Assembly: GCA_047495785.1 (NCBI GenBank)
Contig: JBLDXI010000009.1
Span: 4,464,001-4,528,000, forward strand
Length of the DNA stretch: 64,000 nucleotides
From: Lepidodermella squamata
Lineage: Eukaryota; Animalia; Gastrotricha
Direction of reading: 5' to 3'
The notes beneath the pieces were generated by a model. It was not told the DNA's origin and did not search any database. It was given only the letters and a program-made list of their open reading frames with translations. The position numbers were made by a program, and so were the translations under genes. Below, one piece after another: positions 61,672 through 64,000 of the stretch. Within the stretch, counting starts at the first letter, position 1; each line of letters opens with the position of its first letter.

Positions 61672-63229
61672 CACTGTAAAAAATAGGGGGGTGATTACCC
61701 CGAATTTACTCCATTCAATTGTATGGCGCTTGGGGGGTAAAATGCACACGGGGTGCATTGAAATTACTCCTCTGAGTTTTTTTCGTAAGGATTATTTACC
61801 ACAGAGAGGGTAATTATCTTCCAGCATGTCTTTCATTGCTGAGGGGTAATTACCCTGAAATTGTTCTTAATTATTTCAATTAATTTTGTTGGAATTTATT
61901 TTTGAATAATTATTCAAATAAATTATGTTAACTTATTCAATTAAATAATTAATTATTCGAATTAATAAGGAGGGTCCCAAGGTATCCGGATGGCACCAAA
62001 GGCCACCGGGTTACCTTTGATAACACCGGAAAACGTAACACCCTTAACACACCTATAACACGGAAACCTGCAACTTGACTTACGCGCGATATTTACTTTT
62101 TCAATTGTCTTCTTTTCATTTCACATTGCAAATGAATGATTAGAGCTAGTTTTTAGCAAGGAGCCCTTTCTATGCAGCAGCGCTTACGAGCGAATCGACT
62201 GATTTGCATATGCACTAGGCTGAGTTCAGCCATTTTTTAGAATTCGGCTGATTTGAGTCATGAGATTGAATGCAAGTCATTTCGCAAAGCAAATCGATAA
62301 AGTTGATACTCCAAAGTTGCACCACCGAATAGCACTAGCTCAATTGGGAAGCCACTGCTGATTGAGTGGAGGTGATATTTTAAAGGTGAAACCGACTTGA
62401 CTATTGACTAGGTGGAGCTTCTTAATTGCTTTGATTAATTGCTTAGGAATTGCAGTTAAATTGAGTTGAACCAGTCATTTCATTTAGATTTATTTGATTA
62501 AGATTTAGCGAGGACCCTGTTACTAATTGAGAGCTATAATCTAGAATCCAATTGAAGAACGATTTTAGAGAGTTGGCGATGCTAGCCACGTTGCCGGCAC
62601 TAAAATTAGCTGAAATTTTGCGTCATCCCATAGATCTTGACAATTAGCTGCGATTATTGGTTATTTTTGTTTATGTTTAAAATCCAACCCTGAAATAACT
62701 CGGCTACGGTATACCGTATCTACCGTATTATCAGGGAGGGACTTCTAATTTATTAAGGGACCTTTTTTGCCTGGCTCAGGTGGCTGCAAAATCGATATCA
62801 AAATCTCTGAAAGGATCTTACTGCGCATCATATCAGCGCTGCACATACGAAGGTATACGGTAAAATTCAGACTCAGGATGTCATTGTGTTTTGACCATCC
62901 TCGACCATGAGACATTTACCAGAGTTTATCCTCAACTTTTTTTACTTATGCTAACATGTTTTAGAGGTTTATAACACTAATATTTCATAATTAAAAATCA
63001 AATAAATAATTTATTTATTGAAATAGAATTAACAAATTTGCGCGAGGGTGATTGCCCTTAGATTGCCACCCAAGAAAAGAATTGCCACAGTTAATTACCA
63101 CCCAAGGGTATTTACCCCACTTTTACCTTGGAGCGAATTACCACAAAGGAATAGGCGAGAGCATTTACCCCTCAAAAAATTGAAAAAGGGTAAATACCCA
63201 GGGTAATCAGCACCCTATTTTTTACAGTG
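61672..63229. mobile_element. Non-autonomous TIR DNA transposon (CACTG termini, CMC/EnSpm-like)
   Basis: Left CACTGTAAAAAATAGGGGGGTGATTACCC versus right GGGTAATCAGCACCCTATTTTTTACAGTG; TA on both flanks; many subterminal TTACCC/GGGTAA repeats; no transposase ORF. Confidence 0.85.
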
Positions 63230-63331
63230 TACCTTTCCCAAACACGCCCACGAAATTCAGATATGAAAGAATTAAGCGCACAGTTGCAATAGATACCTAG
63301 TTATATCTCTGTTTTGTAATTGTATATGGTC

Positions 63332-64000
63332 ATGGGTTGGGGTCCACGTGATAATAACAAGAGTGGTAATATCACGTAGTCACCCCTGCTATATATTAAG
63401 CATATAAAAACCTAATTTTGTTAAAACCAGCCCTCATTTTTACTATAGGTTATACTACGATGAATATATTCAGCTCACAAGTGAAACCACCGTCTTTTGA
63501 AGGGAATGATCCGGTTGGTGAATTATATATTTAATATATTATCTCATTTCATAATATTAAATTTAGCTGTCACAACTGGCTAATTCACAGCTAGCGGTCT
63601 GGTTATTAACACAAAGCGAAACGGTAAAATATCGGTCGCAGTTTACATCATTAACCCCATTGGGTAGAGGATCGTTCAGTCAGACTTATTCAACATTCCA
63701 TCATATAGGCAATCGTCAAGTCGTGCTAAAGCAAATGATTTACAAGGACGATGGTAGCGAAAAAGGTCGCGATGTCGTTAGGAGAGCTGAACGAGAGGTT
63801 TGATGTGAACGAAAATTATCATTTACATTCAGCATAAAAGACTTGAACAGATGGAAATCATGTACGGCGTCGACCATAAGAATATCGTGAAGATATTCAG
63901 CCACCATTTTCAGGCCTATGATAAGGTCAAGATGCAGAAACTATGCGTCATAGAACTCGAGTACTGCTCTGGGGGTCCGCTGTATGAAATGATTCGACAC
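63332..64000 (+). CDS. Another NEK-like kinase copy (5' part; runs off window)
   Basis: Splices to MGWGPRDNNKSG...NDP|LSQLA...GRGSFSQTY...VVLK...AERE|...HKNIVK...IELEYCSGG, with the kinase-domain introns at the same positions as in the 55763 copy. Confidence 0.75.

Noticed and set aside
1-64000. tRNA, rRNA or spliced-leader RNA genes; assignment to a specific organism
   Set aside because: No convincing RNA gene was recognised by eye, and the taxon cannot be fixed without a database search

Overview
Compact eukaryotic (invertebrate animal-like) genomic DNA with GT-AG introns mostly about 50 bp long; the taxon cannot be determined from sequence alone. The window is a chain of small tandem gene families. 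It holds four trypsin-fold serine-protease homologues (0-5.9 kb), each missing at least one catalytic residue, and three two-domain glycosyltransferases (6-12.8 kb) in which a degenerate ABO/GT6-like domain is fused to a GT37/GT23-like fucosyltransferase domain. These are followed by two orphan rhodopsin-type GPCRs, three GABA-B-like class C GPCRs with an ankyrin-repeat gene among them, and a P5B ATPase with a duplicated N-terminal domain and altered substrate motif. Further on are four divergent Cys-loop channel subunits, an SLC37-type MFS transporter, an anoctamin and a C-type-lectin/mucin-stalk receptor. From 54 kb there is a birth-and-death array of NEK-like kinases with an HRD(F/L)HPGN loop, interspersed with non-autonomous DNA transposons. 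The strongest candidate for a novel system is the pseudo-GT6 + fucosyltransferase fusion triplet, which sits in an operon-like run with about 100-140 bp spacers. All family assignments come from motif recognition by eye, not database searches, and the gene models were spliced manually.
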